Shown: piece after piece, positions 9,858 to 19,933 of the stretch | Layout: every line of letters begins with the position of its first letter | Numbering within the stretch: position 1 is the stretch's first letter | Source: Trueperaceae bacterium | GTDB lineage: Bacteria; Deinococcota; Deinococci; Deinococcales; Trueperaceae | Reading direction: 5' to 3' | Length of the DNA: 64,000 bases | NCBI GenBank assembly: GCA_965214405.1 | Contig: OZ243956.1 | Span: 1,728,001-1,792,000, forward strand | Made by a program: the position numbers and the translations under genes | The notes under the pieces: model-generated | The model's input: the letters and a program-made list of their open reading frames with translations, nothing else | Told to the model about the DNA's origin: nothing | Databases searched by the model: none

Positions 9858-10619
9858 TTAAAAAGGCGAACTCACCACGCCCCCGTCCACCAGGAGCGTC
9901 TGCCCGGTGATGTACGCCGCGCCCGCCGACGCCAGAAAGGCTACCGCCGCCGCGATCTCCTCGGGCGTGGCGAAACGTTTGGCGGGGATGCTTTGGATAA
10001 GCTTGTCTTTCGCTCCCTCATCCTCAAAAAGTTCTTCCAGCCGCTCCGTGGCGGTGTAGCCGGGGGCCACGTTGTTGACGGTCACGCCCGCCGCGGCCAC
10101 CTCCGTGGAGAGCGTTTTGGCGAAGCCCGTGACCGCCGCGCGAAAGGCGTTGGAAAGCGTGAGATTGGTGATGGGCTCGCGCACCGAGAGCGAGGTCACG
10201 TTGATGATGCGGCCCCAGCCTTGCGCGCGCATGTGGGGCAGCGCGGCCCGGCTGAGGCGCACCGCCGACATCAACGTAAGCTCAAAGCCGCGTGCCCAAG
10301 CCTCATCTCCCAAGTCGGTCGCAGTCCCCGCGGGAGGCCCGCCCGCGTTGACAACGAGGATGTCCGCGCCGCCGAAGCGGCGCGTCACGCGCTCGAGCAG
10401 CACCTCGATATTTTCCGGCTCGCTCACGTCGGCGGGAACGCCGAACGCCTCGCCGCCTCCGAGTCTAATAGCCTCCACGGTCTTATCAAGCTCCGCCTCG
10501 CCCCTGGCGCTCAGCACCACTCGAGCGCCCTCTTTGGCGAGTCCTGCGGCTACGGCGCGACCAATCCCTTGCGACGCGCCCGTCACGAGCGCGACTTTAT
10601 TTTCAATATGTAGGTCCAT
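9858..10619 (-). CDS. SDR family oxidoreductase
   Basis: TGASQGIG, VNAGGP, TVNNVAPG, YITGQ..VDGG; start ATG 10619. Confidence 0.92.
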   Translation of the reverse strand: MDLHIENKVALVTGASQGIGRAVAAGLAKEGARVVLSARGEAELDKTVEAIRLGGGEAFGVPADVSEPENIEVLLERVTRRFGGADILVVNAGGPPAGTATDLGDEAWARGFELTLMSAVRLSRAALPHMRAQGWGRIINVTSLSVREPITNLTLSNAFRAAVTGFAKTLSTEVAAAGVTVNNVAPGYTATERLEELFEDEGAKDKLIQSIPAKRFATPEEIAAAVAFLASAGAAYITGQTLLVDGGVVSSPF

Positions 10620-10677
10620 AGCGCATCCTAACCCCCTGCGTATCAACTGCACCGCCCTCGTTTGAGACGTTTTAGTT

Positions 10678-11412
10678 TTGCATGAGCACCTTGGACACGC
10701 TGGGGCGTGCCTCGCCTTGGGGAGCCGTCCCACGGAACTCGGCGCGTTCTACATCGACTGCGACAACGCGACCTTGAGCGACCTGAGCATAAGGCTTGTT
10801 TCCCTGGCCGGTCCTGTCGCCAGCCTGCTGACCGGCATCGTGAGCTTTCTCGTTTTGCGCCGCCTGTCACCGGGTAAACCCGCGCTTTACTTTTTTGTTT
10901 GGTTGCTCGGCACGATTGGCTTTATGACCGCCACGGGCTATCTTTTCTTCTCCGGCGTGTCCGGCGTGGGCGACTTTGGCACCACCCGTGACGGCGTATT
11001 TTACGGGGCCTCACCGGCGTGGCTCTGGCGCACCCTTCTAACCGTCGCTGGCGCGGTTAGCTACTACGCGATTGCCAGGTTCGCCGCGCGCGAGATAGCG
11101 CCGCATGTTGAGGGTGTGGGCCGCGCGCGCATTACTTACGCGCGTCACCTCGTTTTGGTCACTTACGTCACGGGAGCCGTCGTCACGCTTGCGATTGGCT
11201 TGCTCCATCCTCAGGGATTATTCGTCAGTCTAACGTCTGCGGCCGCCGCCCTGGGTGGCACCTCCGGGTTTTTGTGGATGATGCAGTTTATCAACCCCGA
11301 CGAACGAACCTCGAGGAGTCTGGCTTTTGGGCGGCGCTGGGGCTGGGTTGCGCTTGGCGGCGCCGTGACGGTCTTTTACGCGCTCGTTCTGGGGCCGACT
11401 CTGTATTTCTAA
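10678..11412 (+). pseudogene. M50-like membrane metallopeptidase homolog, probably 5'-truncated
   Basis: Begins directly at LHEHLGH; in-frame TGA at 10663; only 58 bp to the divergent SDR start; several TMs with a G..GD motif. Confidence 0.5.
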
Positions 11413-11478
11413 ACCTGAGACTTCTCGATATCTCAAAACGTATTTGGGAGGAAGTTTCTTCTGCTCTCCCGCTCGTTT

Positions 11479-12525
11479 CTACCTTCTGGACTGAAGCTCG
11501 AGCCCTCTAAGCGCCCCCACATCTCCAGCGCCCGCGCAGTGCATCGCCACTTTAAGCTCCCACACGAAATTTTCTAGCCAGGCCATGACTGCCTCGGGAG
11601 ACTCAGTGGCAGGTTCGAGTAAGGGCCGCGCCACCGCCACCACCCGCGCGCCCAGCGCGAGCGCCTTGGCCGCGTCCAGCCCGGTACGAATCCCGCCCGA
11701 GGCGATGAGCGGCATCTGTGGCAAAACCTCGCGCACTTCGCGCAGCGCCTGCGCGGTGGGAACGCCCCATTCCGCCAAATCCTTGTGCCGCACCTCGCCG
11801 TAGTTGACGTACTCCTCGACCTTGGCCCACGAGGTGCCGCCCGCGCCCGCCACGTCGAGCGCGGCAAAACCCACCTCCGCGACCGCCGCCGCCGCCGCGC
11901 CGCTCAAGCCGTGTCCGACTTCTTTGAGAAGAACGGGGTAGCCAGCGTCCGGCACCACCTCGAGCAGCTTCGGCACAAGGGTTGAAAAGTCCGTGTCGCC
12001 GCCCCTTTGCAAAGCTTCTTGCAAGGGATTGGTGTGAAGCGCGAGCGCGTCGGCACCCACTTGTTCAACCGCGCGGTGAAGATGACCCGCACCATAGCCC
12101 CTGTTAAGCTGCGCCACGCCTAAGTTGCCAATGAGGAGAATGTCGGGAGCGAAGGGGCGAACCTCAAACGAGGACAAGGCGTGGGGATGCTCGAGCATCA
12201 CCCGCTGCGAGCCCAGCATCAGGCCCACCCCGAGTGCTTGCGCCGCGAGCGCCAAGTGTCGGTTAATGGTGCGTGAACGCTCCGCGCCCCCCGTCATCGC
12301 GCCGATGAGGAGCGGTGCGCGGAGGTCTTTACCCAGAAAGGTTGTGCGGGTGTCAATCGCTTTCAGGTCCGTACCGGGAAGCGCGCGGTAGGGCAGGTCG
12401 AAGGCTTCAAAGCCGGTGGTGCGGGTGGTGTACTCGACATTGTGGTGGAGACAGACCTCGACGTGCTTGAGCTTGCGCGCGCCTAGCGCGTCCTGCGCCT
12501 GAGAATCGGGGGCGGAAGATTTCAC
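11479..12525 (-). CDS. fni: Type 2 isopentenyl-diphosphate delta-isomerase
   Basis: RKLKH, AMTGG, GSQR, HTNPLQE, KEVGHG, AGAGGTSW, ASGGIR motifs. Confidence 0.95.
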   Translation of the reverse strand: MKSSAPDSQAQDALGARKLKHVEVCLHHNVEYTTRTTGFEAFDLPYRALPGTDLKAIDTRTTFLGKDLRAPLLIGAMTGGAERSRTINRHLALAAQALGVGLMLGSQRVMLEHPHALSSFEVRPFAPDILLIGNLGVAQLNRGYGAGHLHRAVEQVGADALALHTNPLQEALQRGGDTDFSTLVPKLLEVVPDAGYPVLLKEVGHGLSGAAAAAVAEVGFAALDVAGAGGTSWAKVEEYVNYGEVRHKDLAEWGVPTAQALREVREVLPQMPLIASGGIRTGLDAAKALALGARVVAVARPLLEPATESPEAVMAWLENFVWELKVAMHCAGAGDVGALRGLELQSRR

Positions 12526-12611
12526 TTCGTTTAGCATAGCCCACCCCGTTTGGGGGGGTGGTAAGAGGTAGCTCACAGGGTCCGGGGGGCGGGGTCCCTA
12601 CACTACGCTTC

Positions 12612-14438
12612 ATGATTGGACGTTTCACAAAGAGCATACCGTTATCTTCCGAAGCCTTCACGTCCCTTTTACGTAAAGCCGTTCTCTCTGGGGCCATCGC
12701 CGCCCTGCTCGCCGCTTGCACCGCGCCCGCCGCCCCCCAGCTAGGCGTCTCGGACAAGAGCTTAGAACTCAGCTCCGCCTCGAGGCGGGACACGCTGACG
12801 ATCAGCAACAAAGGAAAACCGGGGACGATGCTCGCCTGGAGCATCACGTCAAAGTCCGAACGCATTACCGTCACACCCTCCAAGGGCGTGCTCAAGGGGA
12901 ATGACGAGGACACCGTCGTGATCGAGGTGAACCAAAAGGGCTTGAGCAAGGGTGACAGCATCCACGACACCCTCTTGCTCAATTCGGACTACGGCCCCAA
13001 GGGCGTCAACGTTAACTTCAGCATGACGGTGGAGGGGCTTGGCGCGTGCGGCGTTCCTATAGAAGAGGAAACGGCGGCGCCGGGCGTGACTCAGAAACCT
13101 GTCTCCCGCGCACCCAACCGCCCTAAAACCCCTTACGTTCCCGGCGAACTGCTGGTGCGCTACCGCGAGCCTGCCACGCTGGGCGTTGAGCAGGGTGCCA
13201 TGCTTGACGCCCTCCAAAGAACCTCCAAGGCCGTTGCGAGCGACTTCGGGTTGCAGCCCCTCTATTTAGGCGGCCTTTACGCGCCCGATTTGGTGTGGGT
13301 GAGTGCGGATGAGGGCGGGGCTTTGAAGATCAACACTTTGGATGTGGAGGCTCTGGACATGGAAGCCTTGGCGAGGAGGCTCGAGGCCGACCCCCGCGTC
13401 CTCTATGCGGAGCCCAACTACTATCTCGAGCCCCTAGAAACGCGCCCTAATGACGAGGATTTAGCAGACCAGTGGAGCCTGCTTGACTTCGGCCTGCCGC
13501 AAGCCTGGGACATCGACACGGGCGAAAATAGCGTTGTCATTGCCGTTATCGACAGCGGCGTGGACACGAGGCATGAGGATTTGAGCGCCAAGATGCTCCC
13601 CGGCTGCGACTTTTACGATGGCGACAACGACCCCAACCCAGGTGCCGGGAGTAGCGCGTCGGAGCACGGCACGCACGTGGCGGGTATCGCGGCGGCGGTG
13701 GGCAACAACGGCTTGGGCGTCGCGGGCGTGGCTTACGGGCCGGGCGTCAAAATTCTGCCCATCAAGGTCTTTGATGACACGGGCTACGTCGCCACGACCG
13801 CCGAACTCATCCACGCAGTTCTTTGGGCCGCGGGGCTGCCCGTGGCGGGGGTCGCGCCGAATCCCAACAAAGCGGACATCATCAACATGAGTTTGGGCAC
13901 GGGCAAGAAAGAGATTCAGAGCATCGACGAGGCCATGCAAGAAGCGGCGGCGGCGGGCGTGGTGCTCTTTGCCGCCGCGGGCAACGCGGGCGACTCGAGC
14001 GGCGCGGCCTCGGGTAACGGCATCATGTCGCCCGCCAACGCGCCCGGCGTGATCGCGGTGGGCGCGGTGAACGGCGACTACCGCCGCGCTGAGTTCTCCG
14101 ACTACGCCGCCCTGGGACGCACGGTGGACGTGATGGCCCCTGGTGGTCGCGCCGTCCTGGCTGAAAGCGCAGGGGGGGGCGCTGGCGAGGCCGTCCTCAG
14201 CACCCTCCCCGACAACCGCTACAGCGCGCTCGAGGGCACCTCGATGGCCTCACCCTTTGCCGCCGGGGTCGCCGCGCTGGTGCTGAGCCAGAACCCTAAT
14301 TTAAGCCCTCAGCAAGTTAAAGCGAAGCTTGTCAAGAGCGCCCGTTTTGACGCCGAGTTTATGACGAAGAGCGAATACGGGGCCGGGGTGCTCTGCGCGG
14401 ACAAGGCGCTGGGCGCGCCCACCCGCTGCGGACGGTGA
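12612..14438 (+). CDS. S8 subtilase lipoprotein with N-terminal Ig/BACON-like domain (copy 1)
   Basis: Lipobox LLAAC; prodomain PGELLVRY..YAEPNY; triad VIDSG/HGTHVAG/GTSMAS. Confidence 0.93.
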   Translation: MIGRFTKSIPLSSEAFTSLLRKAVLSGAIAALLAACTAPAAPQLGVSDKSLELSSASRRDTLTISNKGKPGTMLAWSITSKSERITVTPSKGVLKGNDEDTVVIEVNQKGLSKGDSIHDTLLLNSDYGPKGVNVNFSMTVEGLGACGVPIEEETAAPGVTQKPVSRAPNRPKTPYVPGELLVRYREPATLGVEQGAMLDALQRTSKAVASDFGLQPLYLGGLYAPDLVWVSADEGGALKINTLDVEALDMEALARRLEADPRVLYAEPNYYLEPLETRPNDEDLADQWSLLDFGLPQAWDIDTGENSVVIAVIDSGVDTRHEDLSAKMLPGCDFYDGDNDPNPGAGSSASEHGTHVAGIAAAVGNNGLGVAGVAYGPGVKILPIKVFDDTGYVATTAELIHAVLWAAGLPVAGVAPNPNKADIINMSLGTGKKEIQSIDEAMQEAAAAGVVLFAAAGNAGDSSGAASGNGIMSPANAPGVIAVGAVNGDYRRAEFSDYAALGRTVDVMAPGGRAVLAESAGGGAGEAVLSTLPDNRYSALEGTSMASPFAAGVAALVLSQNPNLSPQQVKAKLVKSARFDAEFMTKSEYGAGVLCADKALGAPTRCGR

Positions 14439-14484
14439 GTCTTCGGGAGGAGGGAATGATAGAAAAGCGGAGCGCAGACAATCG

Positions 14485-14540
14485 TCTCTTCTCTCAGTCT
14501 TCATAACTCGGTGCTCTACACTCATCACTCGCTACTTTCT
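14485..14540. repeat. Degenerate heptamer array (ACTCNNN), STRR-like
   Basis: tctcttc tctcagt cttcata actcggt gctctac actcatc actcgct actttct. Confidence 0.7.
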
Positions 14541-14636
14541 CAACTAACCCTTGCCTCACGCGTCCACATAAAGAATGCGTGAGGCGAAAGGTCACGCGTC
14601 AAGGATTTTTCGGCAAGAGAGAGGTTATAAATAGGT

Positions 14637-16712
14637 ATGAAGCGCCACAAAACATTTCTCTGGTTTAGCCTCTTGCTTTTTTTTGTCGCCTGTAACGGTT
14701 CTCCTCCCCAAAAAGAACAGCCCCAGGTGGCGCTGTCGCCCGCCTCGGTGACGCTTTTGCCGGGTGAAACGAGTGGTCCAGTTAGCGTCAGCTCGAGCGG
14801 CTTCAGCGGCCCCGTCACCTTTTCGGTAAGCGAGGTGGCCTCATTTACCGCAACCCTCTCCGCCGCCACGCCCACGGCTCCGGCCACGCTGACGGTCGCG
14901 CCTAAAGACGGCGCGGCGGACGGACCCTACAGCTTTATCGTCACGGGCGAGAGTGGGGACGAACGCGCCAGTATGGCGCTCTCGGTCACGCTCGAGACGG
15001 ACCCCAAGGCGCAACTCTCGGTCCAAGACACGGTCACGACGGAAAGCGCCTACAGCCCTAATCTCTTTTTTGTGAAAAACACGGGCAGCCCCAGGTCAAC
15101 GCTCGAGTGGCGCGTCTCCTCAAGTTCAAACGAAGTAACGCTCACGCCCACGAGCGGCTTTATAGAGGGCAACGGCACCACCGGGATTGCCGTCACGGTC
15201 GACGCGAGCGAGCTTAACGAGGGCGACACCGTCAGCGCCGCCCTCTCCTTTTCTTCAAACGCGGGCGACGCGACGGTAGCGTTCACCTACAAAAATACGA
15301 CGCAGGGCTTAGAGCGCTGCGGCACCTACCCCTCGAGCTTTATGGGTGCCAACGGGACGGCTCCCGCGCGTGTGGCGGACACCCCCACAGTCATCCCCAC
15401 AGTCAATACTCCGGTTCCTCAAACACCATATGTCCCCGGCGAGCTGTTGGTGCGCTACCGCGAACTTGTCACGCCGGGCATTAAACCAGGTGCGAAGGAC
15501 GAGTTGGGGGCGCTTCAACACGTCGCCAGCGCCGTGCGGAGCGATTTTGGATTGACGCTCGAGGCGGCGGGCGGCACCTATGGCCCAGACTTGGTAAAAG
15601 TAGACGCGGCGGCTTTGGGAGTGAAGGCGCTGGATATGGAGGCGTTGGCGAGAAAGCTCGAGGCCGACCCCCGCGTCCTGTACGCCGAGCCCAACTACTA
15701 CCTCGAGCTTTTAGAGACGCGGCCCAATGACGAGTATCTGCCGGACCAGTGGAGTCTGCTCAACTTTGGCTTGCCCCAAGCTTGGGACATTAGCACGGGC
15801 GAGAACGATGTGGTGGTTGCCGTTATTGATAGCGGCGTGGACATGAACCACGAAGACCTTAGGGGCAAGATGCTCCCCGGCTGCGACTTTCATGACGCCG
15901 ACAACGACCCCAATCCGGGTCCCCGAAATGGCGCGTCGGAGCACGGCACGCACGTGGCGGGCATCGCGGCGGCGGTGGGCGATAACAGCCTGGGCGTCGC
16001 GGGCGTGGCTTACGGGCCGGGCGTCAAGATTCTGCCCATTAAGGTGTTTGACGATGCGGGTCGCCAGGCGACCACCGCCGAACTCATCAGGGCGGTGCGC
16101 TGGGCGGCGGGACTGCCTGTAGACGGCGTGGCCGTGAACCCCAACAAGGCGGACGTCATCAACATGAGTTTGGGCACGGGCAAAAATCAGATTCAGAGTG
16201 TGAATGAAGTCATGAAAGAGGCGACGGCGGCGGGCGTGGTGCTTTTCGCCTCGTCGGGTAACGCGGGGGACTCGAGCGGCGCGGCCTCGGGTAACGGCAT
16301 TATGTCGCCCGCCAACGCGCCCGACGTGATCGCGGTGGGCGCGGTGAATAACGACTACCGCCGCGCGACCTTCTCCGACTACGCCGCCTCGGGGCCGACG
16401 GTCGACCTCATGGCCCCCGGCGGCACGTCGCCGCTCTCCCTGGGGTGCCAGAACATCCTCAGCACCTTTCCCAGAAATTCGTTTGGTGAGAGCGAGTATG
16501 GCTGCTTGCAGGGCACCTCGATGGCCTCACCCTTCGCCGCCGGGGTCGCCGCGCTGATGCTGAGCCAGAACCCGAACTTAAGCCCCCAACAAGTCAAAGC
16601 GAAGCTCACAGGGAGCGCCCAGTTCAGCGCCTTTATGAACCCCGCAGAGTACGGGGCCGGGGTGGTCTGCGCGGACAAGGCGCTGAGCGCGCTCACCCGC
16701 TGCGGACGTTAA
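14637..16712 (+). CDS. S8 subtilase lipoprotein with two N-terminal Ig-like domains (copy 2)
   Basis: Lipobox FVAC; same triad; catalytic domain highly similar to copy 1. Confidence 0.93.
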   Translation: MKRHKTFLWFSLLLFFVACNGSPPQKEQPQVALSPASVTLLPGETSGPVSVSSSGFSGPVTFSVSEVASFTATLSAATPTAPATLTVAPKDGAADGPYSFIVTGESGDERASMALSVTLETDPKAQLSVQDTVTTESAYSPNLFFVKNTGSPRSTLEWRVSSSSNEVTLTPTSGFIEGNGTTGIAVTVDASELNEGDTVSAALSFSSNAGDATVAFTYKNTTQGLERCGTYPSSFMGANGTAPARVADTPTVIPTVNTPVPQTPYVPGELLVRYRELVTPGIKPGAKDELGALQHVASAVRSDFGLTLEAAGGTYGPDLVKVDAAALGVKALDMEALARKLEADPRVLYAEPNYYLELLETRPNDEYLPDQWSLLNFGLPQAWDISTGENDVVVAVIDSGVDMNHEDLRGKMLPGCDFHDADNDPNPGPRNGASEHGTHVAGIAAAVGDNSLGVAGVAYGPGVKILPIKVFDDAGRQATTAELIRAVRWAAGLPVDGVAVNPNKADVINMSLGTGKNQIQSVNEVMKEATAAGVVLFASSGNAGDSSGAASGNGIMSPANAPDVIAVGAVNNDYRRATFSDYAASGPTVDLMAPGGTSPLSLGCQNILSTFPRNSFGESEYGCLQGTSMASPFAAGVAALMLSQNPNLSPQQVKAKLTGSAQFSAFMNPAEYGAGVVCADKALSALTRCGR

Positions 16713-16884
16713 GCTCGGGGTATCCCGCTGCCGAGAACTCTGTTGATGAAGCCTCTATGAACCCTCCCGCGCCCCTCTCAAAAGCGCGGGAGGAGGCTCA
16801 CAGAGGTGCGTCCTGCTGATTGCGAGGTTTAAAAATAGCGCAATATGCCTCACACAAAGAGAAAAGTTTACGTTATAAAGGAGC

Positions 16885-18918
16885 ATGACCAAGAACAGCG
16901 CCTCATATAAGACAGTTTTTTTGGTGAGTCTCCTCCTTTTTCTGGCCGCCTGTAACAACGACACCCTACCGCCTCCCGGAGGGGGAACGCAACCGCAGGT
17001 GACGCTGTCGCCCCCAAATCTTACTTTGAACCCAGGGCAAACGGGCAGCACGACGGTTAGCTCGAGCAATTTTAGCGGCGCTGTAACGCTCTCGTTCAGC
17101 CGTGGCGATGACGGCCTCCCCACCAATCAGCTCGATATCAGCGGCTCACCCACGACAATTTCGGGCACAGAAACGGCAACATTGCAAGTGACGCCCAAAA
17201 GTGGCGCTGCGCCAGGAACTTACCAAATTGTCGTGACAGGTAAAAGCGGCAGCCAAACGGACACCGCGACGCTTTCGGTTACTGTTCCGGGTGCGGGCGG
17301 TCCCGGCGACGGCACCATTAGCGGAACAGTTCAGACTGCCAACAATCTTGCGAGTTTTACCGTTCCCAATGACCCCAAACTTCCGACTCCCATGATGGCT
17401 CAGTCGGAGAAGCCTAAGTACGTCGAGGGTCAGTTGCTTGTCAAGCTCAACACAAACGGGCTAGCTAGCGAAAGTGATTCGAACATTTATGGACAGCTCG
17501 AGACGCTGCTCACGCTTGACTATCCCATTACCGTGTTGCGTTCTGGGGGCGCGGACATGCCCGCGCTTGTTGAGGTGTCTCCTGGACAAGACGTTCAAAC
17601 GCTCACGGCGCTGCTCGAGCGCGACCCACGCGTGACCTACGCCGAGCCCAACTACTACATCTACTTGCAAGCTCTGCCCAACGACCCGCAAAACAACAAG
17701 CTGTGGCACCTGGCCGCCGACGGCTTGCCTGTGGCGTGGAACGCAAAAAATTCCTCAGCGGTGACGGTTGCCGTGATTGACTCCGGGATTGACCTCGATC
17801 ACCCCGATTTGAAGGGTGTTTTTGCGAATGGTGGTTACGACTTTTGTGCGGCAACGACAGGTAGCGGCAACAAGCGCACCTGCTCGAAGCGGGATGATAA
17901 CCCCCGTCCCGACTCCAACAGCGACACGCACGGTACCCACGTTACCGGGACCATCGCGGCGGTGGGCAATAACGACATAGGCGTGGCGGGTGTTCTCTAC
18001 GACGGCGCGAGCATTGTACCTATCAAAGTTTTTTATCAAAACGATGCTACAGGAATTAAAGATTTTACCACAGCTTCCGCGCTTGCCGAGGCCATCCTAT
18101 GGTCCGTAAATCGACTTAACGCCGCTGGCGTCCCTAAAAATCCCAATCCGGCAAAAGTTATTAATCTCAGCCTGGGATTTGAACTGACTCCCGGCGAGCA
18201 AAGTCAAACCGTACAGAACGCGGTTTCTACTGCTCAGGGTACGGGTGCGCTGCTTATTGCCGCGGCAGGGAATGGTGGCAATCAGGGCGTACTGGCACCC
18301 GCGCTTTACGACGGCGTTATCGGGGTCGGGTCGGTCAACTCAAAGTTTCGCCGTTCGTGTTTCTCTAACTATGGTGACGGTCTCGACATTGTGGCCGCGG
18401 CGGGAGACTACCCTATCAAAAGCGGTTGTCCCAAGGTTAGTGAGGCTGTTCTCAGCACCTTTCCAGGCGGGAATTATGGCGTTGAGACGGGAACCTCACA
18501 CGCTACACCCATCGTCACAGGTGTTGCCGCGCTCGTTTGGGAGCAAATGGCGAGCCCAACGGCTGCCAAGGTGAGCCAGAAACTTAGCGACAGTGCTTAC
18601 TTCGACTCGAGCTATATGAGCGCAGCCCAGTACGGCGCGGGCCTCCTGCGCGCCGACGTGGCGCTCGGGCTGCCGGGTCCGACGAGCAGCAGGAAAACGG
18701 TCCAAACGACCGTCTCAGCGAGTGGTGCAGGTGGCAGCGCGACGAAGATCGTGACGCTCGACCTCCTGCTAGGTGTATCCAACTCGTTCTCGCTCACCGG
18801 CCTCAGCGCGGGCACCTACACCTTGGAGGCCGCGACCTCCGGCGTGAGCCTTAGTGGTAAGACCACCGTCACGTTGCAGAGCGGGGGCGCGCAGAAAGAC
18901 ATTACCGTCACGCCCTAA
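16885..18918 (+). CDS. S8 subtilase lipoprotein with N- and C-terminal beta domains (copy 3, divergent)
   Basis: Lipobox LAAC; VIDSG/HGTHVTG/GTSHAT; AGGAG RBS. Confidence 0.92.
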   Translation: MTKNSASYKTVFLVSLLLFLAACNNDTLPPPGGGTQPQVTLSPPNLTLNPGQTGSTTVSSSNFSGAVTLSFSRGDDGLPTNQLDISGSPTTISGTETATLQVTPKSGAAPGTYQIVVTGKSGSQTDTATLSVTVPGAGGPGDGTISGTVQTANNLASFTVPNDPKLPTPMMAQSEKPKYVEGQLLVKLNTNGLASESDSNIYGQLETLLTLDYPITVLRSGGADMPALVEVSPGQDVQTLTALLERDPRVTYAEPNYYIYLQALPNDPQNNKLWHLAADGLPVAWNAKNSSAVTVAVIDSGIDLDHPDLKGVFANGGYDFCAATTGSGNKRTCSKRDDNPRPDSNSDTHGTHVTGTIAAVGNNDIGVAGVLYDGASIVPIKVFYQNDATGIKDFTTASALAEAILWSVNRLNAAGVPKNPNPAKVINLSLGFELTPGEQSQTVQNAVSTAQGTGALLIAAAGNGGNQGVLAPALYDGVIGVGSVNSKFRRSCFSNYGDGLDIVAAAGDYPIKSGCPKVSEAVLSTFPGGNYGVETGTSHATPIVTGVAALVWEQMASPTAAKVSQKLSDSAYFDSSYMSAAQYGAGLLRADVALGLPGPTSSRKTVQTTVSASGAGGSATKIVTLDLLLGVSNSFSLTGLSAGTYTLEAATSGVSLSGKTTVTLQSGGAQKDITVTP

Positions 18919-18983
18919 CGTTCAGAATCTCACAGACCCAAGCGCCCCTGTAACTCACACGTTATAGTGGCGCTGGGGTTTTT

Positions 18984-19856
18984 ATGGTCTTAAATGTAAG
19001 TCACACAACCGAATACACATACACCAAAGCCGCCTGGGATTCGTTTAACGAACTCCGGCTGCGCCCGGCGGACGACCACCGCCAGACGATGCTCGAGTTC
19101 GACCTCTTCATCGAGCCCAAGGCGGTGGTGCGGAGCCAGCGCGACTTTTACGGCAACCTCATGCACCACTTTCACCTGCCGTTTGAACACACGCACCTGC
19201 TTATCAGGGCGACCTCCAGGGTCGTCACCTATCCGACGCCTGAGCCGCATCCCGTGTCGGCGAGGGCGCTGCCCGAACTCCGCCACCGCTTTTTCGACTT
19301 TCTGGCCCCCACGGCGCGCGTGCCCCTAAACCACAACTGGTTCGGCGCGTTTCACGCGCTGCCGCTGGGCAAGGACGACGAGTTGGTGACTTTTTTAGAC
19401 AACATGACGCGGTACTTAAAGAATCACTTTATCTACCAGTCCAACGCGACCCACGTGGACACGCCGCTGCTCGAGTTCGCCGAGAACGGCCGGGGCGTCT
19501 GCCAGGACTACGCGCACGCGATGCTGGCGCTCTGCCGGAGCGCGGAGATTCCGGCGCGCTACGTGAGCGGCTATGTGCATAGTAGTCCGGGCGGGGACGA
19601 AGGGATGCTGGGCGCGGAGGGTTCACACGCGTGGGTCGAAGCTTACCTGCCGGGGAGCGGCTGGACGGGCTTCGATCCGACCAACGGCTGCCGCGCCACC
19701 GAGGCGCACGTTAAGATTGGCTTTGGCCGGGATTATGATGACGTACCGCCTGTGAAGGGGCTGCGGCGGGGCGGCAGCAAGGGTGGATTGGACGTGACAG
19801 TCAAGGTGCGCCGGGCGGAGGCGGCGTTTGGCGCGCTGGTGGAGCAGGAAAAGTGA
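18984..19856 (+). CDS. Transglutaminase-like protein with Bact_transglu_N domain
   Basis: HTTEYTY..NELRLRP N-terminus; GVCQDYAH, ARYVSGY, SHAWVE, FDPTN, GRDYDDV. Confidence 0.92.
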   Translation: MVLNVSHTTEYTYTKAAWDSFNELRLRPADDHRQTMLEFDLFIEPKAVVRSQRDFYGNLMHHFHLPFEHTHLLIRATSRVVTYPTPEPHPVSARALPELRHRFFDFLAPTARVPLNHNWFGAFHALPLGKDDELVTFLDNMTRYLKNHFIYQSNATHVDTPLLEFAENGRGVCQDYAHAMLALCRSAEIPARYVSGYVHSSPGGDEGMLGAEGSHAWVEAYLPGSGWTGFDPTNGCRATEAHVKIGFGRDYDDVPPVKGLRRGGSKGGLDVTVKVRRAEAAFGALVEQEK

Positions 19857-19896
19857 CGAGTGGAAAGTACCGAGTAACGAGGACTGAGTGAAAAGT
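19848..19896. repeat. Degenerate heptamer array (NNNGAGT), reverse orientation
   Basis: gaaaagt gacgagt ggaaagt accgagt aacgagg actgagt gaaaagt. Confidence 0.75.
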
Positions 19897-19933
19897 AAAG
19901 CTTTTCTGCCTCATCTTCTCTACTTGCTCTTTC

